A DNA stretch of 64,000 nucleotides, taken from positions 6,985-70,984 of the IMG/VR virus record IMGVR_UViG_3300032046_000018, one strand, 5' to 3'. Made by a program: the position numbers and the translations under genes. Origin of the DNA: a virus. This document shows positions 17,936 through 27,042 of the stretch, in pieces. The notes beneath the pieces are model-generated. The model was given only the letters and a program-made list of their open reading frames with translations. It was not told where the DNA came from and searched no databases. The stretch's first letter is position 1. The number at the start of each line of letters is the position of its first letter.

Positions 17936-20142
17936 TGCCGTGGGAAGCAGTCCAGCAGAAGGTGCTTGACTATCTCGTGAATGGTGACCCCCACCATCCC
18001 CTGGTCATCAGCGTGTATCCAGGCGGCGGGAAAACCACGAACACGCTCGCCGTCCTTTTTGGCTACGCCGAGAAGGTAAACGAGGACAAGAAGGGCGAGA
18101 AGATACGGGAGATAATAACCGTCGCCCTTGGTCCTCATTCGTTTAGATTTGCTTATCTCGCGCCGCGCCACAATGTCGTCTATGACGCAATGGATAGGGT
18201 CTATGGAGATGACAGCGTTCATTTCGAGAGCAGGCTCCGTCTCTGTGATCATCCAGAAGTTAAACGACTGCTCGGGGAACTCGAGGGCGAGAACCGCTCA
18301 TTCTTTCCCCTTCAATACTTTTGCCATTCGTGCCAGTATAGACACGTGTCTAAGAATGAAATTGTACTTGCTAATGGTGTCGAGGCTGAGGCCGGGATTC
18401 AATCACAATGCCCATACGAGCGCCGCAAGTATGACGTGGAGAACCAGGACATGGTACCATGGGGCGGCGTGCACCACCACATCATCACGTATCTCAAGGA
18501 CTACTTGGATGGAGAGATAAACGACATCGGACATGGGAACGTGAAACGAGAGTCAAGAATGGACGCCCTCATCATCGAAGAGAATCCAATGAAGACACTC
18601 ATGGAGACCCAACACATGGACAAGGATGACATTGTCATGGTTCGAGATGAGGTGTACAGGTTCGGGTTGTTCACAGCCGCTAACAGGGAGAGGTTCTGCG
18701 AGAACATGGATTTCTCCGGCCACGTGGGAGTGTACAGGGACATCATGGAGTTTCTCCTCAAGGAAATTCACGAGGTCATCGACCACCCATCCCTTCAGAA
18801 GGGAACGAGAAGTAGCAGCAAAACACCGCGCCCTCCAGACTGCATCGGCAAGGGGATGATAATACCGGCGGCAAAAACTAATTGGAACGAGTTCGAGAAC
18901 CTGGTGAACGAGTGGCGCCTCCTCGACTGGGAGGATTTTGACCGGTACTGGGGCAGATACCTTGGCATGCGCATGTTCGAGGACATCGAGAAGTATGGCG
19001 TGGATGATGACGTTATTCAAGTTACACTGCCACGTCTAAGGTACGTGAGCAAAGCGCTAGGCTTGTTTCATAGGCTGCTTGGAAAGATATTTTCGGTGAG
19101 CAATGTAGAGACCATGCAGCATCACTTTTCGATGGTTGACGAAAATTGGACAGTTGATAGGGACGTGTATTACAACGTCAACTATTTTCATGGAGACGTG
19201 CTCCCGTCAATCAAGTGCAAGATAATAGCACTGGATGGGACGGGGGACAAGGACACGTGGGATAGGATACTTGGGAAGGAGTGCGAGTTTTTCCCGGAGA
19301 AGGGGTTCTATGACAACGTGACAAGGGTGACGTTCAAGAATGATAAAACGTGTGCCTACTACTACACGAGCACGTACCTCAACCACGGGAAGCTCACCTC
19401 GACGGGGAAGGATATCCTCGACCTGGTAGCACTCATCGTGAAGACACACGCGGTCGAACCAGGTGAGGAGGTTGCAATAATCGGACCAAAATCACTGGCA
19501 AGATTCGTGAAGGACGCGTGCGACTCCATGGACATCTCCAAGGATAAATACAGGTATGAGCATTACTATAATCTCACGAGCGATAACCGGATGCAAGGAT
19601 GTGACACGATCATCACGTTAACAACACCTCAGGCGCCGGAAGGGCAGGTGAACGCGTCGATAGCCCTTAGTGGATGGCCAAAGGACGTGTGGATGAAGCA
19701 CTACGTGGATAATGAGATGGTGCAAGCCATCGCCCGCGTGCGGCCAGTCCTCGACACGAAACCGCATGGCCATGGATTGCAGTCGGTGAAACGTCTCAAG
19801 CCGGTGAAGATATACGTGCTCGGCTCCCAGGATATTTTCAGCGGCTCCAGGAAAGAGGAGGTCGTGTGGGAGCATTACCAGGAAATGACACGCACGCAAC
19901 TCGAGGGAAAACTTAAATATGGTGGGGATGGTAGTATAGCATGGACAAAGAAGGAGCTACAGTCCGTAGCGACTGTCATGGCAATGACCAGCAACATCCC
20001 ATGTACCAAGACCGACATACAGGCGCATGCCGGGTTGACGTGGGGCATGGCCAAGCGTGTCGTGTTCAACCTCGTGAAGCTAGGTTACCTATCATTCACG
20101 AAGGGTGAGAAGGTGGTGAAAGTAAAAGATGTCAAAGCCTGA
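17935..20142 (+). CDS. SF2 helicase, XPD/DinG-like with putative Fe-S cluster and C-terminal wHTH
   Basis: PGGGKT, YLAPRH, four Cys (LC..FCHSC..CPY), IIEE, LDGT, QAIARVR. Confidence 0.75.
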   Translation: MPWEAVQQKVLDYLVNGDPHHPLVISVYPGGGKTTNTLAVLFGYAEKVNEDKKGEKIREIITVALGPHSFRFAYLAPRHNVVYDAMDRVYGDDSVHFESRLRLCDHPEVKRLLGELEGENRSFFPLQYFCHSCQYRHVSKNEIVLANGVEAEAGIQSQCPYERRKYDVENQDMVPWGGVHHHIITYLKDYLDGEINDIGHGNVKRESRMDALIIEENPMKTLMETQHMDKDDIVMVRDEVYRFGLFTAANRERFCENMDFSGHVGVYRDIMEFLLKEIHEVIDHPSLQKGTRSSSKTPRPPDCIGKGMIIPAAKTNWNEFENLVNEWRLLDWEDFDRYWGRYLGMRMFEDIEKYGVDDDVIQVTLPRLRYVSKALGLFHRLLGKIFSVSNVETMQHHFSMVDENWTVDRDVYYNVNYFHGDVLPSIKCKIIALDGTGDKDTWDRILGKECEFFPEKGFYDNVTRVTFKNDKTCAYYYTSTYLNHGKLTSTGKDILDLVALIVKTHAVEPGEEVAIIGPKSLARFVKDACDSMDISKDKYRYEHYYNLTSDNRMQGCDTIITLTTPQAPEGQVNASIALSGWPKDVWMKHYVDNEMVQAIARVRPVLDTKPHGHGLQSVKRLKPVKIYVLGSQDIFSGSRKEEVVWEHYQEMTRTQLEGKLKYGGDGSIAWTKKELQSVATVMAMTSNIPCTKTDIQAHAGLTWGMAKRVVFNLVKLGYLSFTKGEKVVKVKDVKA

Positions 20143-20500
20143 CCCTGATAAAGCCGCGAGGAAGCGCATCGAGGATATCCTGAAAGCGAGGCGCCGTGGT
20201 AAGGAGGAGATGCCAACGTTTCGAGGGGGTAGAAATACCAATCAAATCGCTGATGATTTCTCCACGAAGATCATCGCAAAGATGAACAGGGACAATATTA
20301 GCAGTCTCACGATTACTGGAAGCGTGATGAGAGCTGAAGTAGGCGACCCTGAAAACCAGGTGTTCAGGAGCAGGTGCAGGGTACATGGATTGAAAATAGT
20401 AAAGGACAATTACACGAATTCATACACGGTAAGTAAATTTGATAGAGTAGAAAAGGAGTTGAAAAAAATTGGCAAGCAATCGAAAAGTACTGGGCTGTAG
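20129..20500 (+). CDS. Basic hypothetical protein
   Basis: GGTGA upstream; overlaps its neighbours. Confidence 0.6.
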   Translation: MSKPDPDKAARKRIEDILKARRRGKEEMPTFRGGRNTNQIADDFSTKIIAKMNRDNISSLTITGSVMRAEVGDPENQVFRSRCRVHGLKIVKDNYTNSYTVSKFDRVEKELKKIGKQSKSTGL

Positions 20501-21689
20501 CGATTACTTCGAGAACTTCGGGTCGAGCTACGCCCGGCAGTCGAGGCTGGTCCTCGAGATGCTGAATGACTTTGACTGGACATACGTGGCACTGGCGTAC
20601 CATGGTCCTATAATAGAAATGAGCGAAAAGCCTCCAGTGCCACGATATCTCCTGTATCCACAAACATTTTTCTATGAACCTCACGAGGAACCAAATCTCC
20701 AGGGGATTATCAATACCGAGAAGCCGGAGGCTGTTTGGATATACGAGGACGCGCAACACGTTGCTTCATACAAGAATCGGAATCTCACGGGCGCCCCAAC
20801 CATCGGATATTTCGCATGGGACGTGGATTACCATGGTGCCATGCTTGATAATGTCATGCATGCAGTTGATGTCCCCGTGTGTTTCTCGGACTTCGCGGAG
20901 AACCTTATCCATGACCATGGATATGATGTGGATAAGGTGTACAATTGTGTTGACGAGAACGCGTTTGGAAACATTGGCACATTCGAGGATGATGCTGCAT
21001 TTATCCGCAACAAGCTTGGCATCGCACCTGAGAAGAAGATTATATTATACGTGGGTGCATTGCACGCGAGGAAAAACCCTGAGACGCTCATCGCCATGGC
21101 GAGGGAACTCAAGCGACTCAGGGGAGATGATTTTGTACTCGTCATTCACGGGAACCCGGACTTCAGCCTGATGACGTGTGATATCAGGGTTGAGGTATTC
21201 TCTCATGGAGTGCAGGACGTGGTCATGTTCACGCCCCATGTCGACGATTGGAATATTGGAATCCCGCCGAGGAGTCTCAACGCTATATACAACATGGCAG
21301 ACGTGTTCGTGAGCGCCCACGGTGGAGAAGGGTTTGGATTGCCAGCGTGCGAGGCGGGACTGTGCGGGAAGCCTTTCGTGATGACCGACTGCACCACGAC
21401 AAGGGAGTTCTCGGATGGCGGGAGAAATGGTGTCGCCGTCCCGGTCGCATATCATAGGATGAGCGAGAAGAATGTAATGCCACCAGGCGTCGCTCGCCCG
21501 GTGCCGGATCACGTGAAGTTCGCCGAGGAAGTATCCGCGTTGCTTGATGATGGGCCGAGGCGCAGGGTAATGGGGCAGAGGTTCAAGGAGCACGTGCAGT
21601 CCAAGTACACGCAACACGTCCTGGCACCAAAGTGGAAGGCGGTGTTCGAGAAGTGCTTCGCTAATCACGTGGGGGTGAAAGAGATATGA
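20469..21689 (+). CDS. GT4-family glycosyltransferase
   Basis: YVGALHARKN, YNMADVFV, EGFGLPACEA (EX7E). Confidence 0.9.
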   Translation: MASNRKVLGCSDYFENFGSSYARQSRLVLEMLNDFDWTYVALAYHGPIIEMSEKPPVPRYLLYPQTFFYEPHEEPNLQGIINTEKPEAVWIYEDAQHVASYKNRNLTGAPTIGYFAWDVDYHGAMLDNVMHAVDVPVCFSDFAENLIHDHGYDVDKVYNCVDENAFGNIGTFEDDAAFIRNKLGIAPEKKIILYVGALHARKNPETLIAMARELKRLRGDDFVLVIHGNPDFSLMTCDIRVEVFSHGVQDVVMFTPHVDDWNIGIPPRSLNAIYNMADVFVSAHGGEGFGLPACEAGLCGKPFVMTDCTTTREFSDGGRNGVAVPVAYHRMSEKNVMPPGVARPVPDHVKFAEEVSALLDDGPRRRVMGQRFKEHVQSKYTQHVLAPKWKAVFEKCFANHVGVKEI

Positions 21690-21874
21690 GCATGAACAAC
21701 CTTTTCAATTCAGTAGGGAAGGAACTCCTCGACGCCATCAATTACATACGTGAACTGGAGGAGTTCTTTGATATCATCTCCGAATGTGGCACGCTCGAGG
21801 AGAGGTTGAAAAATGATACAGGCCCCATCATCGACAAGCTAAGGGCGGCGAGAAACAAGGTGAACCTGGAATGA
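21686..21874 (+). CDS. Small hypothetical protein
   Basis: ATGA overlaps on both sides. Confidence 0.6.
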   Translation: MSMNNLFNSVGKELLDAINYIRELEEFFDIISECGTLEERLKNDTGPIIDKLRAARNKVNLE

Positions 21875-22287
21875 TGGAAGTGACGATGTTCGTTGATGGC
21901 AGCGTGAGGAAGGCGAGCCAGGCAGATTCTCGTGGTAGAGGGGCGTACAAGTTTGTCGTCACCAATAAAGGAGGCCAACTCCTGCACGACCAGGCATTCC
22001 GCGAGGAAAACCAGACGGTTCCCGAGACCGAGATCAAGGCATTGATCAAAGGGCTTGAATGGTTTGACAAGTGCGCGTACTGCAAAAATGATACCATGTT
22101 ACACGTGCTCATCGACAGCGAGCTCGTGTACAAATGGATGATCTCAGAGTACCGCGTGAAGGCAGAGAACATCATGCCCTTTTACTACAAGGCAAAGGGA
22201 TTGATAGAGACACTCGAGCGAAAGGGCGTCGCTGTTAAACTTGAAAAGATACGGGGCAAGGCAAACCTTGCCCATCTGGAGGCGTAG
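21871..22287 (+). CDS. rnhA: Ribonuclease HI-like protein
   Basis: FVDGS, ETEIKALIKGL, IDSELV, NLAH. Confidence 0.8.
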   Translation: MMEVTMFVDGSVRKASQADSRGRGAYKFVVTNKGGQLLHDQAFREENQTVPETEIKALIKGLEWFDKCAYCKNDTMLHVLIDSELVYKWMISEYRVKAENIMPFYYKAKGLIETLERKGVAVKLEKIRGKANLAHLEA

Positions 22288-22292
22288 AAAAC

Positions 22293-23324
22293 ATGGCTAA
22301 AATAGAATGGATGGCGAACTTCGCCGCCAATAATGGATATGCCGAGGCAGCTCGCCAGTACTGCATCGCGCTCAAGCGCCTCGGCACGGACTTGATACCA
22401 ACGAGCATGAACCAGGAGTATCTAAGGGAGTATGCTTGGATGGCCGAGGATTCAAAAAAGAAGAATGATGGGTATTTCAAGATAGTGCACGATATCCCGA
22501 GTTGCATGAGCCCCGGCTTCTACACGACATTCGAGTTCAAGCCAGCGCCAAATGCATGGGCCCAACATCTAAGGAAGGCCCAGGTGGTGATGGTACCGAG
22601 CTGGTTTTCCAAGGAATGCATTGGTACAGTATGCGATGGCGAGAAAATACACGTCGTGAATCACGGTGTAAACGAAAGATTCGTGCCATTCGGGCCGAGT
22701 GTTGAATTACAATTTGATGGCAAGCTCCCGGAGTTTAAATTTCTCTCGGTGTTCGAGTGGGTCGATCGGAAGTGCGGGGACCGGCTCATCAAGGCATTCC
22801 AGCAAGCGTTCACGCAGGATGATGACGTGGGGTTGTTCATAAAAACCAGGAACGTGAGGAACATCCCGATGTTCATTAACAAGGTACCTGGCTGCAGGAT
22901 ATACGTGATTGATGGATTTGTCAATGACATGAGCCAACTTTACAGGGCTTTTGACGCTTACATCTCCTGCAGTTCTGGTGAGGGATGGGGCGAAACCCTT
23001 AGCGAGGCGATGTCCTGCGGTCTGCCCACGATAGCATCAAGACATAGTGGTAACTTGGAGTTCATGAATGACGAGAACTCCTTCCTGGTCGATGTGGAGC
23101 AATGGCAGCCGATCGGGTACAACAATCTCGAGCCACTCGTCACCCCGTGGATGCAACACCGCCCACCACGATTGGATTGCATGGTAAAAATGATGAAGGA
23201 CGTGAGCGAGAACTCGAACGAGATCAAGAGTATAGCCAAGAAGGGGCGCCGAGTGTCCCAGGATTTCACGTGGGAGAAGGCGGCGAAGAAGATAATTGAA
23301 ATAGTGGAGACGATTCAACAATGA
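22293..23324 (+). CDS. GT4-family glycosyltransferase
   Basis: NGYAEAARQY, SVFEWVDRK, GEGWGETLSEAMSCGLP, FTWEKAA. Confidence 0.9.
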   Translation: MAKIEWMANFAANNGYAEAARQYCIALKRLGTDLIPTSMNQEYLREYAWMAEDSKKKNDGYFKIVHDIPSCMSPGFYTTFEFKPAPNAWAQHLRKAQVVMVPSWFSKECIGTVCDGEKIHVVNHGVNERFVPFGPSVELQFDGKLPEFKFLSVFEWVDRKCGDRLIKAFQQAFTQDDDVGLFIKTRNVRNIPMFINKVPGCRIYVIDGFVNDMSQLYRAFDAYISCSSGEGWGETLSEAMSCGLPTIASRHSGNLEFMNDENSFLVDVEQWQPIGYNNLEPLVTPWMQHRPPRLDCMVKMMKDVSENSNEIKSIAKKGRRVSQDFTWEKAAKKIIEIVETIQQ

Positions 23325-23470
23325 GAAAACTCCTAACAGTGGATATTGACGAAGAACTCCTGGATACTTTCATCGAGTACGTGGCAGAAAATGGCACGAC
23401 CAGGAGCAATGTCGTCGAGAAATTGATACGTGGACTGGTTCGAGGTGAAATACAATGTGCGGACAAATGA
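23321..23470 (+). CDS. Ribbon-helix-helix (CopG-like) regulator, 49 aa (not in ORF track)
   Basis: MRKLLTVDIDEELLDTFIEYVAENGTTRSNVVEKLIR. Confidence 0.75.
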   Translation: MRKLLTVDIDEELLDTFIEYVAENGTTRSNVVEKLIRGLVRGEIQCADK

Positions 23471-23530
23471 GCGTGTGGTGGCTCACGAAGCCACCCGAAA
23501 AGAAGGATGCTGAAACAAGGCGCGTTGAAG

Positions 23531-24430
23531 ATGAAACGAGCGATCATTAACATTGCCTTCAGCCGCCCGCAGTACCTGGAGCGGGTGCTTGAAGGAATAG
23601 AGAAGCAGGATTGGGAGCCGCAGAAATACAGTTTTATATCATTCGTGGACGGCCCCCGCAACGACAACAAGGGAGACAAGGCTGCAATAAGCGAGAACTG
23701 CAAAGTCCTGCAGGATTTCATTTCCCGCCAGGACGACACGTTCGCCAGCGCCACGATCATTAACAGGGTCGAGAACGTCGGCGTCAATGCGAACATTCTC
23801 GACGCCTTGTACAAGGTATTCGTGACGAACAACTATGACGAGGCAATCATCATCGAGGAGGACGTTGTCCCCCTCAAGGGCTTCAAGGAATGGATTGAAT
23901 GGGGCCTGGAGAACCTCGTCGGAAAGGCAGTGGATAAATGCTGCAACAAGGGCACCATTCTCAACGTGCTCGGCTTCGGAGAACCCAAGAGTAAGGATTG
24001 CGACCCATCGGAGTACCAGGTACGCAGGTGGTTCACCCCGTGGGGGTGGGCCACGAAAGGTGAGGTCTGGCGAGAACATTTCGAGCCCATGCTCATCCCA
24101 ATGTACGTGGATGGTTGTCTAACAGAAGCAACTTACTCTAAGGTACATGAGGAAGCTTTCAGGCTGCACCCGTTTAAGGGAAAGAGCAAGTTCATAACTT
24201 ACATGGGCGGGAGACCTGTTCAGTATCAGTGGGGCTGGGATAATTTCACGAACATGACTGGTGAAGTGAAGAACTTGTACGAGGCCCACCCGGTCGTACC
24301 AAGGACGATCAACATAGGAAAGGTAGGAATACACCAGGATGGGAATCAAGTCTACCCGGAACTGGTGGAAAGGAAATGCACCAGCGAGGACTTCGAGTTG
24401 GTGAATGAAGGATTTCACGAGGTGGAATAA
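23531..24430 (+). CDS. GT-A fold glycosyltransferase (GnT-I/GT13-like)
   Basis: IAFSRPQYL, FVDG, IIIEEDV, FTPWGWAT, GWD, RTINIG..G.H. Confidence 0.8.
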   Translation: MKRAIINIAFSRPQYLERVLEGIEKQDWEPQKYSFISFVDGPRNDNKGDKAAISENCKVLQDFISRQDDTFASATIINRVENVGVNANILDALYKVFVTNNYDEAIIIEEDVVPLKGFKEWIEWGLENLVGKAVDKCCNKGTILNVLGFGEPKSKDCDPSEYQVRRWFTPWGWATKGEVWREHFEPMLIPMYVDGCLTEATYSKVHEEAFRLHPFKGKSKFITYMGGRPVQYQWGWDNFTNMTGEVKNLYEAHPVVPRTINIGKVGIHQDGNQVYPELVERKCTSEDFELVNEGFHEVE

Positions 24431-25192
24431 ATGGTAAAGTATGTAGAAGAGAGTTTCGAGATTCTCACGCAGAGAGAGGTTATTGACAACGCGCTGTTCC
24501 TGATAGAGCTTGCTGGCAGGAACTGCTACCAATCGACGCACAAGATTGGCTTGTATTGTGTCGAGTGCCAGGTGAAGGTTGAGAATGCCAGTAGCTCGGA
24601 TACATGGGCTTCTTTTGGAGGATACACGTGTCCCAAGTGTGGCAAGAGCACGCTGGATAGTACGCTGAGGACGGAGTCGTCTGGTAGAGTATTTGCAAAG
24701 CGGCTCATCGCTTTGGACCACGAATCGGTGATGGAGCACGTGAACATCACGGTGGAATTCATAACGTGCAGGGGCATGACCCACGAACTCGTGCGACATC
24801 GTCTTGCGGCATACTCGCAAGAATCGACGCGTTATTGCAATTACAGTGGCGACCAGTTTGGGAACGAGATCACGGTCATCGACCAGCGCCCGCACATCAA
24901 ATCTTCGGACGCGAGGCTCGCGTGGATGGAAGCCATGGAGAGGGCGGAATGCGCGTACCTGGAGATGATCAGGCTTGGTGAACCGCCAGAGACCGCGCGG
25001 GGGGTCCTGCCAAATGATCTCAAGACGGACATCGTGATGACGGCCAATCTAAGGGAATGGCGGCACGTCTTCGAGCTGCGAACCGCGAAGAAGGCGCACT
25101 TCAACATACGAGGTCTCATGCGCGAGCTATGCGAGCAGTTCAAGAAGATGATACCTATCATCTTCGATGACATCACGTGGGAGGAGGATTGA
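24431..25192 (+). CDS. thyX: Flavin-dependent thymidylate synthase with Zn-ribbon insertion
   Basis: HESVMEH, ThyX motif RHRLAAYSQESTRY, ARGVLP, NLREWRH..LR. Confidence 0.95.
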   Translation: MVKYVEESFEILTQREVIDNALFLIELAGRNCYQSTHKIGLYCVECQVKVENASSSDTWASFGGYTCPKCGKSTLDSTLRTESSGRVFAKRLIALDHESVMEHVNITVEFITCRGMTHELVRHRLAAYSQESTRYCNYSGDQFGNEITVIDQRPHIKSSDARLAWMEAMERAECAYLEMIRLGEPPETARGVLPNDLKTDIVMTANLREWRHVFELRTAKKAHFNIRGLMRELCEQFKKMIPIIFDDITWEED

Positions 25193-25475
25193 AGTGTTCG
25201 AGATAACAAACAAGACGGATGGCGAAACGATAACCATCACGAAGCTCTTCGAGATAATGAGAGACCGCGCGCTCAAGATGATACTGAGCAGGGAGTATCA
25301 TTATTATTGCGACACGCTCGGCTTCCGGGATATATACTTCTACAGGCATGATAACCAATGTCTCTTGAAAATAGCACCTGAGTATTGGTGGGGGATGAAG
25401 GAAGAGCTGGAGAAATACAACCACGAGCTTGAGCACGATCCACACGTGGTAGTAATGCCGGTGATGATGGAATGA
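25167..25475 (+). CDS. Hypothetical protein (start uncertain)
   Basis: Fills the gap; ATGA overlap with the next gene. Confidence 0.5.
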   Translation: MTSRGRRIEVFEITNKTDGETITITKLFEIMRDRALKMILSREYHYYCDTLGFRDIYFYRHDNQCLLKIAPEYWWGMKEELEKYNHELEHDPHVVVMPVMME

Positions 25476-26035
25476 TGATCGACGAGAACGAGTTCAATGC
25501 CATCGAGGGATGGCTTACACTGCCAGAGGGAAAGAAGCTTGCCGAGCTTGCCGAGGACGTGGGAATGTTCTCCATCATCGTGGAGATAGGTTCGTGGAAA
25601 GGCAAGAGCACGTACTGCCTCTCCAGAGGAGTTGGGGAGAATGGTATCGTGTACGCCATCGACCATTTCAAGGGGAGCAAGGAACATGGTGATGTGTGGA
25701 CGTTCCCCCAATTCCATGTGAACATGGAGCGGTACAAATGCAATAATGTCGTTCCCATCGTTGGCAAGTCAACCGAGATACGATGGCTCATCAAGGATGA
25801 TTTCGTGGACCTGCTGTTCATCGACGGGAGCCACGAGTACGCTGATGTTGCAAATGACTATGCCATGTATTCCACCGTGGTTAAGAAGGGTGGTATTATA
25901 TGTCTTCACGACACGGGGCCTAATGGATGGGAAGGCCCGAACAAGCTCCTCGACAAGATAATGGCACAGGACAGCGAGAAGGTCGTGAACATGGTTCTCG
26001 TGGATTCGCTGACAGTACTCAGGGTGGTTGCATGA
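25472..26035 (+). CDS. Class I SAM methyltransferase (Methyltransf_24-like)
   Basis: GWL, VEIGSWKGKS, AIDHF, LFIDGSHEY, GG...HD. Confidence 0.9.
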   Translation: MMIDENEFNAIEGWLTLPEGKKLAELAEDVGMFSIIVEIGSWKGKSTYCLSRGVGENGIVYAIDHFKGSKEHGDVWTFPQFHVNMERYKCNNVVPIVGKSTEIRWLIKDDFVDLLFIDGSHEYADVANDYAMYSTVVKKGGIICLHDTGPNGWEGPNKLLDKIMAQDSEKVVNMVLVDSLTVLRVVA

Positions 26036-27042
26036 AAACGATAGCATATACCATCGGCGTGTGGGACCTTCTACACGTTGGCCACATCGACGCACTGCGC
26101 ATGGCGAGCAAGTTTGCCGATATCCTCATCGTAGGCGTGCAGCACGATGAGGATGTTGTCAGGCAAAAGGGCAAGCCACCTGTCATAGGCTTTAGTGACA
26201 GGGTGAAGGCACTCGAGGCCCTTGAATTCGTGGACATCGTCGTCGGGTACAATAGTAATGATTATGTTAGCAACCTGCAGAACTTCGACGTGGACGTGCT
26301 CGTGCTCAACGATCAATACGCCATCGAGCCCAGGTTCTACGAGGCGAGGAAATGGATACTTGATAACAAGAAAAGGATTGCTTACATGCCATACAACAAC
26401 ACGATATCCAGCACGAGCCTCAAGAAAACCTGGAAGGATATATGGGCAGACGTGGGTGGCAGGGCTGACTTGAGCGATGAGCAAGTCGGAGGTCCAACGA
26501 TGTCCATGGAAGCATATGGGAGAATGGCAGCCATGCTCGTCAAGTTTGCCGATCTCAATGATGGACTTGGTGGTACAGTCGTTGACTTCGGCTGCGGCTC
26601 TGGATTGCTGATGAAGGCGCTCATGGACGCCACAGAGAATATCGAGGTGGTTGGCATGGAACCATCACCAAGCATGGCTGCCAGGGCGAGAACAAATAAC
26701 CCGGGGTGCAAGGTGTATGTCGGTGATGGACTCCTCACTGGAGGGAACATCCGACTCTATATTGCGGCCGGTGTCATGCATTATCTCGACTCACCCGAGG
26801 AAGCAATGGAAAGGATAGAGGGCATGAAGTGGGCTGCACGACACGTCGCACTCATATCACTCCCGAATGCTAGCTTCTACACCGAGCGTGAAACGGCCAG
26901 GTCGTTGGCAGGAAAGAACAAATGGCCGAAGCACGTGTACTTCAACACGAAAGACATGGAGAAGAGTGGCTTTGTCATTCACCCTTCCACGTTCTTTGAC
27001 TTCCCGGATTGCGCATTTGACGCGTGGTGGTCGACAACATGA
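26032..27042 (+). CDS. TagD-like cytidylyltransferase fused to a class I SAM methyltransferase
   Basis: GVWDLLHVGH (HxGH), ISSTSLK, then VVDFGCGSG and AGVMHYL. Confidence 0.85.
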   Translation: MKTIAYTIGVWDLLHVGHIDALRMASKFADILIVGVQHDEDVVRQKGKPPVIGFSDRVKALEALEFVDIVVGYNSNDYVSNLQNFDVDVLVLNDQYAIEPRFYEARKWILDNKKRIAYMPYNNTISSTSLKKTWKDIWADVGGRADLSDEQVGGPTMSMEAYGRMAAMLVKFADLNDGLGGTVVDFGCGSGLLMKALMDATENIEVVGMEPSPSMAARARTNNPGCKVYVGDGLLTGGNIRLYIAAGVMHYLDSPEEAMERIEGMKWAARHVALISLPNASFYTERETARSLAGKNKWPKHVYFNTKDMEKSGFVIHPSTFFDFPDCAFDAWWSTT

